The notes beneath the pieces are model-generated. The model had not been told where the DNA came from. It did not search any database and saw nothing but the letters and a program-made list of their open reading frames with translations. A program made the position numbers and the translations under genes. Of a stretch of 64,000 nt of DNA, positions 38,186-53,762 are shown in pieces (within the stretch, counting starts at the first letter, position 1; every line of letters begins with the position of its first letter). Source of the stretch: Priapulus caudatus (lineage: Eukaryota); NCBI RefSeq assembly GCF_000485595.1, contig NW_014577083.1:455236-519235 (forward strand), read 5' to 3'.

Positions 38186-39044
38186 CGCCCACACACACGC
38201 ATCCATGCTCGCACACATGCACCCATGCACGCACACATGCACCCATGCACGGGCGCTGCTCAGCCGCCTTCCGTGACGTGAATGCGGGGCAAGCGTTCCC
38301 CACGTTGATTCCCGGGGTTTATTAGGAGAGGGTGCGGCCCCCCGCCTCCTCCCGACCCCCCGCACCTGGCGCCCGCGATGCCGGCAGAATGTGTCGGGCA
38401 GCGCCCGTTCCTCCCCCGATCTCGCGAGGGCGTAATTGCTTTCCTTCTGAGCGCTCTTGACATCCACCGCCCCTCGCTCGGCCATTGTCGTGGCGTCTCG
38501 CCGTGCAAAAACACGAGACAAAAGACTCGTTTAGGAACTTCCGTTTGGAATTCGTCAGCAGCTGTAAATATGCACGATGTAGCAGCAGCGAGGGGCACTC
38601 CTATAAATAATATAATAATATATAATATATATATATATATAATATATATAATATAATATATATATATATATAATATATACGTGTATAACGACTACTTGGA
38701 TACAATACGATGTTATTGTGTACGGCTTGACAGCCGCCAGAGCAGATAGCTGAGAGGTGAAATCCAGCTGCCCAAAAGATTTCCAATAAGGGTGGAGAAA
38801 TCTCTAGTATGCGTCTCGGTAGTTACTTGCCTATAATAATACCATCATTTGTAGTTAAGCATCAAGAGTTCCGGCTCCTTGTATACGTGAATAAGAGTGC
38901 GTAAAGTGCTTCCGCGGACTTTGAACCATAAGCAGTTTGTAGTTTCAGTGTATTTAGTTACACGTAAGGAAGCCATCAATTTTTTTTTTAATTGTTGATT
39001 TTAGCATTAATGAGAGCCATTATCACGCACACAATCTCACACGT

Positions 39045-39046
<2 letters not shown>

Positions 39047-39103
<57 letters not shown>

Positions 39104-39120
39104 GTGTGTGTGTGTGTGCG
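39047..39120. repeat. (CA)n immediately followed by (GT)n
   Basis: Directly visible; self-complementary. Confidence 0.9.
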
Positions 39121-40928
39121 ACTGTGCGTTCGTGCGTTCGTGCGTGTCGCAAACACAGAGAGAGAGTTGCGTGGGAAAACGTACGCATTATGTAACTTTT
39201 ATCAATTTACGTCTTTTGGGGTTCTACGTGTTCCTGCCCTGTTCATTCACATGAATTGCGCTCCTAATTAGCTTGTGTTTTGCTTCTGCAATTTTAATTA
39301 AATGTTATTGTTATAATATGGCCTAATTGATGCGTTCAGGCCGCTTCTTTTGTTTTATACAGGCTCACCGCTGCGCGATGACATTTTAAATCATTTGTTA
39401 CATAGAGTTGCGTCGATTGCGACGACCTGTTTTTGCGCTAGCGAAAAAACCTTTTAAATAGATGCTCGGATCAGAAATTATTGCACGACATTTTTTATTA
39501 CAAAAGAAAAACGTTGCTAGCGTGAGGTCATCCAGGTAAAAAAGCGTCAAGTGAAAGAAAGACGCAACGGAATATTTTTTTACTGCGTTTTTGTGAAGCA
39601 CACTGTTGCCGCCATCCGCTGACAGCGAACTAGTGTCAACGATGTACGGCGAAGCTTTTCCCCTCGCGCTCACTATGACCCTTTGAACCGGACTGCAATG
39701 CAAATACTGCATAATTCAGAAAGGAGAGCAGCTTTTTGTAACCTCGCCTTTCCTTTTCCCTGTCCCTATTCACGCACGCTCGCACGGAGCCGGGGATGAG
39801 TCAGAAGCTGAAAGGCAAGCCGAGAAGAACCTGAAACGGGAATACGCGCATTCGGAGAATAAATGTTTCGCGGTGGCACTCCGGAATCCGTTCCACCTTC
39901 CTAAACAATTAGCATTCACACACGTGGATCTCATTAGACTAGTGCGTCATTTATACCTCATCTCAGGTCGACAAGTAATCCCCTTGTATCGCGTATATAT
40001 GCTCACCGTTAATTTATTTGTGGTGCATTTCAGCGTTTTGCTGGATATTCATGTCCAAAGCTATTACTGGCGGTCTTCTATTACGGCGAGGTCTTTGTGG
40101 ACGAGTGAAAGGCGAGTGTTATTTGAGGATTTGGCATTCATGAGTTCTGGTGTTTGAATAAAGCACGGCCTTTGTGGGAGACAAACTCAAATTCGCCGCA
40201 GCATAGAAATCTTGTGAAAGGCCCAGAAACTACGACTAGATGAGACGAGTTGTTGCCATGCTATAATAATAACCCTCCTGTGTGTGCGCGCAGCTTTGTT
40301 TCACAAATTCAATACAGCGAAGAATGGTGTTGTATTAGCGAAAGAAAAAATCCGTCAAATACTGAATGGGACATACATGCAAACTATTTGACGCGATGGT
40401 CCTTTACGTTCCGTTATTAGGCGGGCGATAATGAAAGAAAGAAATAATCGGCATGGTTTCAATAAACTTGTAATCTTATTCAGCGAGTATAATATATAGG
40501 AAAAGCGGTAAGGCAGGCTGGTTTAGTCTGTCAGTAGGCCTTTGACGAGAGTGCTTTACAAGGGGGCTGCCGTGCGCGCTCGTATACAGTCAGCCGGTGG
40601 AAAGTGTAGCGGAGGAATGCATGCCGTGATCGTGCGCTGGCCTAGGGCGGCGCACCAGCAGCCGGCGGTGTTTTGAAGCGGGGTGCGAAAAGCCTGGAAT
40701 ACCTTCACGTAGCGATAGACGAGGACGGTGGCAGAGCGCGATGTGCAGAGCGCGCGCGCTCTTCTGCTGCCGACACCTTGTCCACCGGTGTTCGGTCGGC
40801 GACAGGTAGGTGATGCGACATGAATCTGTATGTCGTGGCGGCGGAGATGATGCGCCCGTGCACTAGGGGTCGGCGTCCCCGACTACCGCGCGCGTCTGCA
40901 CGCGTCGCCATGCGTGCACCGCGCGGAC

Positions 40929-41142
40929 GTGTGTGTGAGTGTGTGTATGTATGTGTGTATGTGTGTGTGCGTGCGTGCGTGCGTGCGCGTATGTATGTAT
41001 GTATGTATGTATGTATGTATGTATGTATGTATGTATGTATGTATGTATGTATGTATGTATGTATGTATGTATGTATGTATGTTTTTGTGTGTGTGTGTGT
41101 ATGTATGTATGTATTTGTGTGTGTGTTTGTTTGTTTGTTTGT
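40929..41142. repeat. Compound (TG)n-(TGCG)n-(TATG)n-(TTTG)n microsatellite
   Basis: Directly visible. Confidence 0.95.
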
Positions 41143-44100
41143 ACTCAAATTTTCACATGGGAAGTACGGCTATATCAATTATTCTACACACTGTCGTTGT
41201 AAGAGACACATGGTCGGGGGAACCTTTCCTGCGTAAGCTTTCTCTGTGAGTAACCGCACACAAAGAAAGGAAACACGTCGACTCGTTGGAGAGGCAGACC
41301 TAACTACCCCTTACACATTTCAGGTAATGACAGTTGTAGCTGTTTGCCGCGTCTAAGTGGCTTCTCCGTGACAGGAATCCAGCGTCGTCTCAAGCGTTGG
41401 TTGCGTCGCGTACGGTGGGTGGTCGCCCTACTTACGCTCCCGTCCATTCAGCCCGCGCACCTGGTTACGTGACCGCGAAGGACCCCGCCCGGTGACGGCC
41501 AAACATCCAACTAAATTAGGTTCCTCCCCTCCATTTAGTGGCCCGTAATTAATTGATATGCTACCGAAAACATCATTTTTAAGATAATTAAAATCTCACC
41601 TAGTGCGCGTGGCGCGTCATTGTTGTGGGAAATGTGTCGCTCGAATACCGCGCCGGCTGCATAATTATCGGCAGATTTGGTCCTTTGTAGTTGAAACCTT
41701 TAATTTCCATCTCTTGGCCTCGCCGAGGATAATAAGACGCAGGCTACGAAATTATAGAAAATGGTTTTTGAATGGTGCCGAGGAAGCTGTCATATGCAGC
41801 CGCCGTGTAATTATGCGTGAGAAAATGGGCATATTTATTACATAAAAGGAAAATATTCGCGTATTCTGAGGGGCGCGCGTGCACGCGTGTGGCGGCCGGC
41901 GCGTAGGGGCCTACACGTAGCGCGTCGCTCACACGTTTCTGACCGTCTGCTCGGAGAAGACTCGAACTCCCGCATTCACTTCTCGCGAGAATTTATATAT
42001 ACAGCGCAATTGCTGTAGTTTGTAGCGCTTAACTTGTCTACCCGTTGAACGGTGAATGGGATCTGATTACGAAGGTCTGACTGAAGAGGGATTGAGTAAC
42101 GTTATACGGGCTGTTCCTATTAAATAGACATCTAAACTGTGACTCTCTCTCGGCGTTTGCGTTTATGCTTATTTTCTATGCGGTGCATTCACCTCGGCGT
42201 TTACGCATTTTTGTCGAGTTCAATGTCACTGTTTTCGTTATTGTGTATTGAAAACTTTGCGTGTCTGTCCGTTGAAAATTCGACTAAACTCCTTTGTGTG
42301 TTTGAAATTGTTGTGGTTTTATAGTAAAGTAATGGCTGAGTACAAATGTTCCGGGCATCCTACAGTGTCAGGTGGCTGCTCGTGAATTTTTGTCGGTTGG
42401 ATATTCCGCAATAGTGTTTTGTAAAGGAATAGTACGCTCATCAGCTTAACACTTCCACATGACTGCCTTGGTCTGATGAGCAACGGATTTATAATAAGCC
42501 GCAACAGTTCATCTTGTTTTCCCATTCTCGTTGCAAGTATTCAAGAGGGTTGTGATTTGCTTGTAGGTTTCGGTGCAAGGGGAAATTAAAAATGTGGTTG
42601 ACAATAGAGTGGAAGTAAAGTGATTGGGGCCAGATTATGTATGGCTGATTTTCCACTGTATTACTGTGTCATAATGGCATTATTGTCATTCAGATTTTGG
42701 GAGGGTTTGTCCAATGGAAAGTTTTTGTAGTTGATCATGGTTCGCCATAGAATACGCTCTGCTGCACTGGGGGCATATTAATATGCTGTTATATTGCCGA
42801 AATAATACGGTTACTTACGCCATCTTTAAGCGCCTTTATTCGGAGCCACATTTGCCTCTTGGCGAAAAACGCAAGTGTATTTTTCGTAGCCAGAGCCATG
42901 TTGATTTAGCCCTCGTGTTCGTTATCAAAACGCCACGGACGGTTCGAATGCAAGCCGATGTTCATTCTGCGTTAAGGGGGCGGTTGTCAGTAATAGGATA
43001 GACCGTGAATTAATTTCCGATGCTTCCAAATAAGGATGAGACTCTGTTGCCCACTGCGAGCCGTCATGTTCATTAGGTATAGGGCTTGCGGGGCGTAGAC
43101 TATCAGAAAACAATATCAACTCAAGAAGGTTGCATCACGCATTTGATATGAATACCGGGCAATGGAAAGAAATGTATAGGCGTATAGGTATGAGCAAGAG
43201 CGCCATACTCATTACGCTCTTGGTGTAAGGTATATAGGGTATATATATACAAGCCGTATATACGACGTTAGCCAGCTGCGTTAATGATCGTAGTGTGAAT
43301 GTTTTGGTGAGCATAATATTTCATCCCGAGATCAAAGATTTATTCAACAGTGCACAATTAACTAGAAAGCGAATCCGCGACATTACAGTGCACAGACTTG
43401 TTATCAACAACTGCGTCAATAACAAATACTTCCAGCCGAATTAATATAAGTGCCTCGCCAATGACCAGCGATACAAAAGAAACTCATTGTCACGTGAAGC
43501 GATGGGAAACTGATGACGTCAGTTCGCATCGATTCCAAACCGATAGCACGAAAACACACACGATATCGATATTTGACAATTTTTGGAGAAAAAAAACATG
43601 AATGTTTTATACTTGCAAAATTGCTAATATAAATATCTCGGGTACACTTCTGTAGCATTTAATTGGTGCTAGAATGAATGTATGCAGGAGTGAACTCAAA
43701 CAATGTTATGTATTATGTTTGCGAACGATTTGTAATAATGTATAATGCTTTATATAATGTGGTTTATTAAATCTTTGTTTAAATATTAAACAATGCGGAT
43801 TTGGGCAATGAAAATAAATATTTATTTTTTACGAGCGGGAAATGTGAAAACAATTGTGTGTGTAAACTTTACATATGCCGCTTCACTACCGTAAATTTAA
43901 TACTTATGAGTACATGACGGACAATATTTGATTATATTGTTCTTCTTTAAACTGTCAACATTTAAAACCATTCATATCGACTTACAAGCAGCACCGGTGT
44001 AACACGAACAGCCCACCCTACCTCTTATCATGCGCTTCATGTGTCCCTGTATGATAAAAATAGATATTATAGCCCGCCTGAAATAGATGCTCTGCCCATT

Positions 44101-44639
44101 CACATTATTCTAGCTAAATTTTAATGATATAACGGCGCGTGCAAGGTTAAAACGCTATTAATTTGCGTTCTGGATTAAGATGTCACGAGCGAGTGTGCAT
44201 GTACATCCGGCGATGAATCTATACCTGTTCTACGGCCGGTAGCTGAGCCCGTCGTCAAATATTTTCACATGGGTTTACGGTTAAGGACAACACGAAAACA
44301 CGTAGCTCTGTAATCTCTGGCGGTAAGCAAACCTTGCACACACTGTTGAAGAATTGCTATGCAGGATTCTGTTTAAATCCATGTTGGTTTATTATTAGCT
44401 ATAGTTGGGAATAAATAGTGAACGCTATGAAATAATTTATAACATGTGTCTATATTCCAAGGAAAGTTGTCGTTTGTGTGTGTGTTTTTGTGAGCGTTGA
44501 AATATGCCGTTAAAAAAACACCCATATAACAAAAATAATTTCCGCAACCAATTTTAATACGACTCAATTATTGCTACATAAATGATGCTTGTTGTTCATT
44601 GCTAAAAACTAGTCAGGCGTATCTGCTTCCCACGCCTCC

Positions 44640-44679
<40 letters not shown>

Positions 44680-44681
<2 letters not shown>

Positions 44682-45772
44682 GGGTTTGAAATTTCAGCAT
44701 CAGTATTGACTTGGGTGGCATAGAATTTCAGCTAAATAACAGGGATGTGAATGAACGATTTTTTCGCACCTACACCTTCGCGTCTAACATAATCTATCAC
44801 TAAATGTGCCGTGTTTTAGCTTGCTGTGACTTGTAACTCACACATAAGCAGGGGTGTATAACCGTAGCATCGATCTCGGCTGTCTGTACGTATACGGAAC
44901 GAAATGATCATGACCCTATGCTACACACAAATCTGGTTTCAACGTCCGGCCAATTCGGCAGTAAGTGTACCTCTAACAATTTCGTACTTACGGATCGCAG
45001 TCACTCTCTGTAAGCCAGAGGTTTGGTGAACTATGTACAGATAGGCTGTGGGGTTGTCATCCTGAGAGACGGAATAGGCCCGCACGCCAGATGCAGGCAG
45101 CGTGACCGTCTGTATGCACCGATACGATTAGCAAAATTTGACGTTGATTGGGAAATCGTATTAGCACATGGAATTTTGAACTGATGAACTGACATTTTTG
45201 ATAATTTTGGAGCAACTCGACTAAATTGGCATGCCATTAGCAGTGATCATGTGTGCATTTCCATTCATACCGTGCCAAATTAGCGAAGATTGGGCAGAAT
45301 TAAATCTATCCGTGCACAATGGAAGAAATGCCAAACTTTGTTCTGAACATGTTAATCGCTTCCTTCATTGAAAAGACAAAAACGCTTGTCATGTGTGGCC
45401 AGTGACACAGAACATAACTGCACGAGAATGATCAGATTTGGCATCTGCGGTAAAAGCAATTTCATTTCACGTACATGTTTTTATGACGTCTTGTGACAGA
45501 TGATCCCGGTCCAGCCATCATCCACTCCTGAAGATGGGCCTAAAAATATAGATACCGCGGGCCAATTTGGTACTGGGGCGCGGTATATATATATAGCCTC
45601 TGTATCATTTCATTTACTTGGGCGATATCAGATAAATTGAGTCATTACAATCAATACCGTACCAGCTGTTTTGAGAGAATTTTTTCCTTGTTCTTTGCGG
45701 CTGAGGGCCCAGCTATGAAGAGCTCGTCAGGAGTGACTCGCCAGATGGTGATAACAGTTTTTCAATATATAT
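44680..45772 (+). repeat. Duplicated segment D, copy 1 (clean), preceded by (CT)n
   Basis: Runs from atgggtttgaaatttcagcatc to ataacagtttttcaatatata; matches 54410-55698. Confidence 0.95.
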
Positions 45773-48700
45773 CTATCTATCTCGCGCCCAATCTCTTTCT
45801 CTCTGTCCTCTCAGACCAGGCGCTTTAGTCGCCAGACGCCACGCGATGGGAGAGTTAGCTCTACTCTAGACCCAAGAAGCCATTTACCATCCCACCCACC
45901 CCAACCAGGTCACTGTGCCGAATTCCACTTAGCTCCCGAAGCAAAAGCCATTAGGCGGGCGTTCAGTAGGGAGGTACCGTCCCTCTGAGGCCCGCGCAAA
46001 CTAATTGTCCTGCCTTAATTGCACTTAAATTAGTTGCCCAAGCTGACAAAGAAACCGCATTCAGCAGACCCATCTTTTGATGCATTTTCATTATCACTGT
46101 GTGAATAGTGAGCGCTGGTGGATATCGCTGAATATTACCGCCGCAGATGTAGTAATTTGATGTGGCCAGCACCGTGCGTGTCAATCGAATATTTCCCTGA
46201 ATGTCAAATGGCCATATCATGAGAGGTTTGTGGCCAATATTGGACCACTAATATATGTGCATTAGAGGTGGATTTCCATTTATGAGCCCGGTAGAGGTAT
46301 TACAGCTCATTACACTCGTATGTAGACCAACGCTGGTCCCCCGATGTTATGCTGTTTGATGGAGGCAGATCTTGTTGAAGCTGTGGCACACGTACAAAAC
46401 ACACTCGCAAAATCTGTGTGTTGATGATGCGGTAAGCACCAACGAATTTCCATTCAAACAGTTACTGGGGCAGTGTGATTTAACGATACACGATAATTAG
46501 AGCAGATCGCGAAGGATAAAGGCCTTATATACCTATGTCTGTATGACATATGGAGAGTGTGTTTGAAGCAAGGCCATTTTAGTGTGGCACTCGGGTATTA
46601 CAAAGTCATTCTATTATGTGGCTTACGTATTAATTCTGTTTGATTGAGAATTAACTACGAGAGTCAACTCTTTCGATTCGCATTACATTAACTGTGCAGT
46701 TGACAGTGGTAAGCTGTGTAGGGGTTTCGTGTAATTTTCTCATTATACTCTGTAGAATGCGAACGTCTTTCCCTGTAGTGAAGATTTCTATGCGCACATA
46801 CTTTTTCCGCTGAGCGCTAACCATCCTGCACCCGACATGATTGCATGCTTGCTTCTTTTTATCTTCTGTGCGTATGTAATGTATGGTTAGTTATATATGT
46901 AATCCTTCCTATATACGATGATACACCGAGCATGCATGACGGTGTGTGTATTGCAAGCCCATGCAGCGCCTCGAAACGTTCTGCAAATACGTAAAAAATA
47001 TTTGCCCAAACGGCAGCCAGCTTACGGACGTGTGATTGGCGGCTACCATATTTGCCCGTAGGATAATTACGACGTAGCTTTATAGGCTATCATGACAATG
47101 ATTGCTGGCTCGGTGCCTGATCCTCAGATGACCAAAACAAATTGAAACAATTGCCCGAGGCGAGTTCCTGCCAGCTGAGGTGTATTATCTTACAGCTGCA
47201 GCAACGCCACGGCTTGCCGACGCATGCAGCTGCCTTTATTGTATTAATAGTCCGTGTGTACCTGTAGTACCCCCGTAGAAACGGTTTATAGACGGAGTAA
47301 TAGTGACATTTTTGACAGCTTTATTCGCCCGATAGAAGTGTGTCCGTGCGCGTTTGTTTTGCCGCATATGAACGTCTATCACGTATGTTATCGGTTACGG
47401 AGTAAAAAATGTTTTGGTCGTATAATTTGGAGCTGAAAGAAATTATTGCGTGTAATTTTCCTTCCTAATTGCGTTCGGCCGTAATTTCTGTCTAATTTCT
47501 CTGTGAAATTGATCGATTTACTTTAACCACATGTAACATTATTCTAATCGCCGCGTATTTCGAATTCAATTTCACGTACGCGGTCAATATAGGAGTCGCG
47601 CGCGTAGTATACAGTTTTCACTAGCAGTAATACGGGAGCCATGAACGTCGAGGCCAGGTATGCGGCGCGCATATTGCAATATTAAACGTCAACACCGTGT
47701 ACGCGTGTTGCTAGGTTGCACGCCGTGCTGCTGCTATTCCGGCGCGGCAATTGGATGGCGCGCGTAGCCTGGGAGGAACAGCTCTACATACCTGCCCAAG
47801 TTGCCAGGTATAAGCGGCCATGCAATATGCACGGCTTCTAACAGCTGCTCTGTATTGAGTGCCAGCTTGTGTGAAAGCAACTTTTGTATAACTAGTTAGA
47901 CATATAGGCACGCGGCGACAGCGCTAATCTCGGCGGGCGTAATTGCAGGCGTTATCCTTGAAAATGTAACTAATATTATTCTAGTTTTGTTGGCGGGAAG
48001 AACGACACCGATCCTGGGAAGCCTTGTCGTCATCAGCACCGTTAACGACACTCGACACCACCGCACGCCTTTTTCTTAAATATTTGCCGTAACATATCGA
48101 CAGGTTCGGGGCGTTGTTCGTGAAACAATGGCGCCCGTAACCTGCCTCATTGAATGTTTTGTACGCAAAATCAAACTGTGGGCGCTTTGTACGATGCATT
48201 CCGAAGTATCCGGTCATTTCAGACTCGAACGTAACTGAAGTGAGATGGGGATTGTGTGCAAGGGGCTTGAAAAGTCATTTGTGGTTGCGGTAGCAGCGGG
48301 CAGCGTTATTCAGCTAGCGTATAAGGCACCGCTTGTTGCCGCAAATTCAGTTGGTATTTCGTAGTGCAGATCTTGATGTAAATTGGCACCGAGCCGGCTT
48401 GGCTCAGCCTGGTCACAACAATTCTTACACTGCGTGTGTAAATGGGAGCAGAAGGGTGCCACTCTAAATACGCTCTCACTTGTCAGATGTCAAATCCTGT
48501 CGGAAATTGCGGTGAGTATAGTCAGTCAACAGCTTATTTACTACGATGTTTAAATGGATTCTCTTAAAATGCACATGTTCTATGTACGTTTTGTGGTTCT
48601 TTGGATATGCACTGACTTTCACAAATAAACTCCGCACGCATATGAACGTGCACACGCACGCACGCGCTTCAACACGTGAAGTTTTCTGACAAATATTAAA

Positions 48701-48809
48701 ATAACAATATATCTAAATTTATTGAGTAATTTCCAGCATCTCCATCGTTAGAATAGTTTGACGGTTATATACGTGCACGTGTATCAGCGATGCATGAATA
48801 TCTAGCTCA

Positions 48810-48980
48810 CAGACGCACGCACGCACGCACACACACACGCACACACACGCGCGCGCCCACACACGCACGCACGCACGCACGCACACACGCACGCACGCAC
48901 ACGTCCGCAAGGTGCAAACGACACAAACACACGCACGTACGCATACACACACACATGCACACATCACACACATACACACA
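48810..48980. repeat. (CA/CACG)n microsatellite
   Basis: Directly visible. Confidence 0.9.
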
Positions 48981-49360
48981 CTATACTTATAATTATAAAT
49001 GTTATTTATTTATTTGTAAATATATATATTAATTATTTATAACGCAATTATTACCAATAATTTATATACTACAAAACTACAGCATTATAATTTCTGTACG
49101 TTAAAATTTGTCGATATCTTGTCGTCTTTGTTTAACAAATATCTCCAGCCGAAATAATGTTTATTTTGAAAATATATTCATAATTATAATATTAACGCAT
49201 AAATATTGAAATCGAATCTATATAATTCGTATGTGCGTGCGTGCGTGCGTGCGCGTGTGTGCGCGCGCGTCTATATTATGTATATATATATAATATATAT
49301 ATATATATAATATATATAATATAATATATATATATATATATATAATATACGTGTATAACG

Positions 49361-49370
49361 NNNNNNNNNN
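49361..49370. other. Assembly gap (10 N) between (TA)n and (TG)n
   Basis: Directly visible. Confidence 1.
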
Positions 49371-50090
49371 TGTGTGTGTGTGTGTGTGTGTGTCTGTGTG
49401 TGTGTGTGTGTGTATGTGTGTGTGTGAAGTGGCGTGAGTTACTGATGTAGATATCAGGTCGCGGGTCGTAGGGCCTCGGGTCGGCGGATATAGAACCGAT
49501 TCTCACATAGCGGGAACGCAACCCGCCTGCTTGCCGAAGTAGTTTTTGTTGTTTACTTGTTATTGTCTATTGTTTGTTTATTGTTGGAGGTATATCGCGC
49601 GAAATTGATCTTAATAACAGGTTGAGAAACCCGTCACCGTAGTAACGTGCAAAGCCGGTTGTTATTTGGTTGGTATATAAGGAAAAATACTCGGCAGTGT
49701 ATCGATCATGGCCTATACTGAACAGGGCGAAGCCGTCTTTCCATGGGTAGCGGCAAGCGCTACGTGGTTAGGCAACCAGTAGTGTACGGCAAAAATACAC
49801 GAAGATTTGATTTTGAATTTATTTGGAATAAATCGTTACATGTATCCGTAGCCGTCAGGTTGAACGGTATATTAATTATTGTTTTCTTGCGTTTAAATTT
49901 AATGTGAAAAATTGACGGGGTTGCTATTTTTTGCCGAATGTCTAGAGCATGTGCATTTAATATACGCGAAGACTTTATACGGTTCTGTGTACGATTAATG
50001 TCGTCATTTAAATTACATATTTACAGTTCAATAATATTTACGAAAATTATGCCGATAGTGGCATGCATATGCAGAGATCAATACAGAATA

Positions 50091-50123
<33 letters not shown>

Positions 50124-51789
50124 GGCCTATATATATATTGAAACAGGTTCCTTCCAACTTATGCACGGCCCCTGTCTTTACTAGCGTTTCTATATTGGCT
50201 ATAGTTACCTGATTTTCGCAATGCTCCGTAATGTATATCTTTCCTTATAAATGGCATTATATCGGCAAATATTTCGCATGTTTTACCTGCGTTTCTGACT
50301 AAAGCATTGTGTTTAATATAGGTAACGATTCATCCTACCGCGTGCTCCAGTTGTGGTTTGTAAGCATTTTTGAGGTCTCACGATACCTAACTTTCGCACA
50401 GCGATACAATAACCACTTTCTACTGATTCTCCTAATGTCCAGGAAATGATGCCCACTCTGAGGTTTCCCGCTTTAAATTCAACGACAGTGCCTTCTAATA
50501 TTCCCATTTCACTATAAAAATGTTTCTTAAATAGTGCTTTATCGTTCGTGAACGTACTCTCTATTGCTTTCTTGCTATAGGTCTTTTCTGCTAACGTTGC
50601 CTGCTAAAGGCCATCGTGCTACTTGTAGCCATATTATATACTTCTCGGATGCATGCATGTCAGCAGGGCGAGTACCGCGTCGCATGCAATATATACATAG
50701 TGTTTGCCCCTACTCGCATATCTAAATTTCAAGACTACATCGCATCTATGCGCGGTAGATTTATGGCGTTATTTAATCGATCTCTCCATTTGTTCATCAA
50801 AATATAACAGGAAGCACATATAGCTGCATGCAATTGTCATTCTTTCTAGTGGGATTATATATATTACGCATTGGATGGCAGTATAAAATAATAGGATTGT
50901 TATTGACGTGGCTGTCCTCCGAGACATTGTGCTGTTGCGATGGTTAGTCCCACTTCCCTTTCTGGTACGGTGAAGAGGTGAAGCCAATCTCGATAGCTGC
51001 TATAAACGCACGCGATGGCTGAGTAGTACTCTAATGTCGATTCCGGCGTATATTAGAGGGCAAGCCTGGCGCGAGAAGGAACACGTAAAATGAAACCCGT
51101 TAAAAGGAACAGTCGTTGAGTTTGCTGCCTAATTTCGCGTGACCTTTGTCAGTCATTTCGTCTAGCTTTTCGCACATGGTACGACATTGTTCCGACGAGG
51201 CTGGGGCGTTTTCAACTATGGATTTTTCCTCGGCCGCCCACATGGCACACGGCTTTTGTCTATGCGCTGCTCATATATACGACCAACCGCGCGACGAATG
51301 TGTACGAAATTTACTGTTTATTCCCGGCAGCAAATGAAAAGCCCATTTGCGGGGATGCTCTGCGTTCTCGGCGCTCTTTGTGCGGGCTGCCTGCTCCAAT
51401 CGTCGTGCACATTATGCCGCGTGTGGATCAGAAACATCATTGTAAGCTCGTAGTGCTATTGTGATAGCCTCCCTTCACCGCGGGGACGCCTCGTACACCC
51501 CGGCGTTACCGCGCGACGACGAAAACAATGCGACGTAAATGATGAAATGCTGTGGACAAAAGCTGTTGTAGGTATGGATAACGCAGCGACGAGCTGCGGG
51601 AGAGGGATTCGGGGGGGTATACACATCGCATTCGATGTTTTCGTCACGGATGTGATTCCGGCGGCGGTTCATTTACGGGAAGCGGCGGGCGGTTTTGACC
51701 ACCTGGTGGTGAAACCCGCGCTGCATCCTCCCTGTGCCTGATGCTGCTTGTGCATCCATTTCACATGCTGCTGGCTATCAATGTGTTTC

Positions 51790-52112
51790 TCTGTCTCTCT
51801 CTCTCGCTCTCTATCTTGTGAGTGTCGGTGTCGCGCGCGTGTTGTAGTGTGTGTCTGTGTGTGTGTGATGTGTGTGTGTGTGCGCGTGTGCGCGTGTTGC
51901 GGCGTGTGTGCGATGATGCGTGTGTGTGCGTGTGTCGTGCGTGTCGGCGTGCGTGCGTGTGTGCGTGTGTGGCGTGCGTGTGTGGCGCTGGTGGCATGTG
52001 TGTGTGTGTGTGCGTGTGTGTCGCGTGGTGTGTGTGTGTGCGTGTGTGTGTGTGTGTGCTGTGTGTGTGCGTGTGTGTGCTGCGCGCGAGCGCGCGTGTG
52101 TGTCATACACAC
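51790..52112. repeat. Degenerate (TG/CG)n microsatellite
   Basis: Directly visible. Confidence 0.9.
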
Positions 52113-52519
52113 ACCAAGACATGTGCATCGGGGGGAAATTCGTGAGTATCTAACATTGTCATATTTTGCAGATGGCTCGCCTGCATATTTAATGTTCACA
52201 AATTGATTGAAATGGAAACATGCGTTCACAAAATATTCGACTGAAAAATTTATAGTTTTGGTAATTCATGTTGTCAGCCCGTGGAAAAACACGCGTGTGT
52301 TCACTGGGGGGGTCATCATCGAACACTGACGCACAACCGTAGCGCAAAAGATAGCGGGCTTTCCTGCTGTGACGGGAACGATGTCGACCTATATGTATTC
52401 CAAACGAAGTGCAAATAATATACCACGCATACACATGCAGATACCGTGTAGCATAAGCAAGAGCTGTATTTCCAGTCTCGTTTTTTAACAAAATAGGCGT
52501 TGCGCAGAAATAGTACGCG

Positions 52520-52531
52520 CATGTAAGTATG

Positions 52532-52564
<33 letters not shown>

Positions 52565-53074
52565 GTAAATGTAATGTATGCTATGTTATGTAATGTATGA
52601 TAGTATGTATGTATTATGGTAATGTATGTCATGTAAAGTGTAAATGTATGTATTATGTATATATGTATGTATGTAATGTATGTATTATTATGTATTATGT
52701 ATGTATGTAGTATGTACTGTAATGTATGTATGTAGTATGGTATGTATGTATGTATTATGTTATGGTATGTTATGTATTGTATGTAATGTAAGTATGTAAT
52801 GGTATGTATGTATGTATGATGTTATGTAATGTCAAGAGTAGATAATAAACACATGAGATGTGTGTATTGAACGTACCTCTTGATGTATGCATGAATATTA
52901 TGTATGTAATGATATGTAATGTATTGGTATGTGATGTATTATGTATGTAATGTATGTATGTATGTAGTACATGTATGTATGTAATGTATGCTATGTACTG
53001 ATGTATGTATGGTATGTATGTATGTCATGTATGGTATGTATGTATGTATGTATGTTATGTATTATGTGTGTGTG

Positions 53075-53127
<53 letters not shown>

Positions 53128-53762
53128 GTTACTGTATCGTATGTATGTATGTAGTATGTAATGTATGTATGGTATGTATGTATGTATGTAATGTGATGCT
53201 ATGTATGTATCTATGTATGTAATGTCATGTATGTATGTATAGATTCATGTGATGTAGGTGGTATATATGCCAATATGCATGCATGCAGTATTGAATTGTA
53301 TGTGTGTGACGTGCGTGGCGTATTGCTGTGTGCGATCGTGCCGTACGTAGCGTGTTTTGTGGTTCGGTCGCGTGCGTAGCCGTGGTGGTGGGCGTGCCAT
53401 GTGCGTGTGTCGTGTGCGTCAGTGTGCCGTGTGTGCGTGGTGCGTGTGTGTGTGCGTGTGGCCGTGCTGCGCGATGTGTCGTGTGTATATATAGTAGGTA
53501 GATAGTATAGTACGATTGGTCGGCTGTGTGGTTGTGTGTGTGAGCTGTGTGTGTGATAAGCTGTGGTGGGTGTTCCCCCGTGTGTGGTGTGTGTGTGTGT
53601 GTGATGGTGTGCTTGTGTGTAATGTGTGTTGGTGTATGTGTACTCTGCGTTGTAAGTATATGCTTGTGTGTGTGTGGTGGGTGGGTGTAACTGTGTCGTG
53701 TATATATATATGATGCTGTGTGTGGTGTGTGCTCGTGGGTGAGTGGGGTGTATGCGTGTGCA
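52520..53762. repeat. Highly degenerate (TATG)n then (TG)n tract
   Basis: Directly visible; indel-rich. Confidence 0.9.

Noticed and set aside
38600..49360. Repeat of (TA)n-taatatacgtgtataacg at about 38600-38690 and 49272-49360
   Set aside because: The second copy ends at an N gap, so it is probably a mis-joined contig end.
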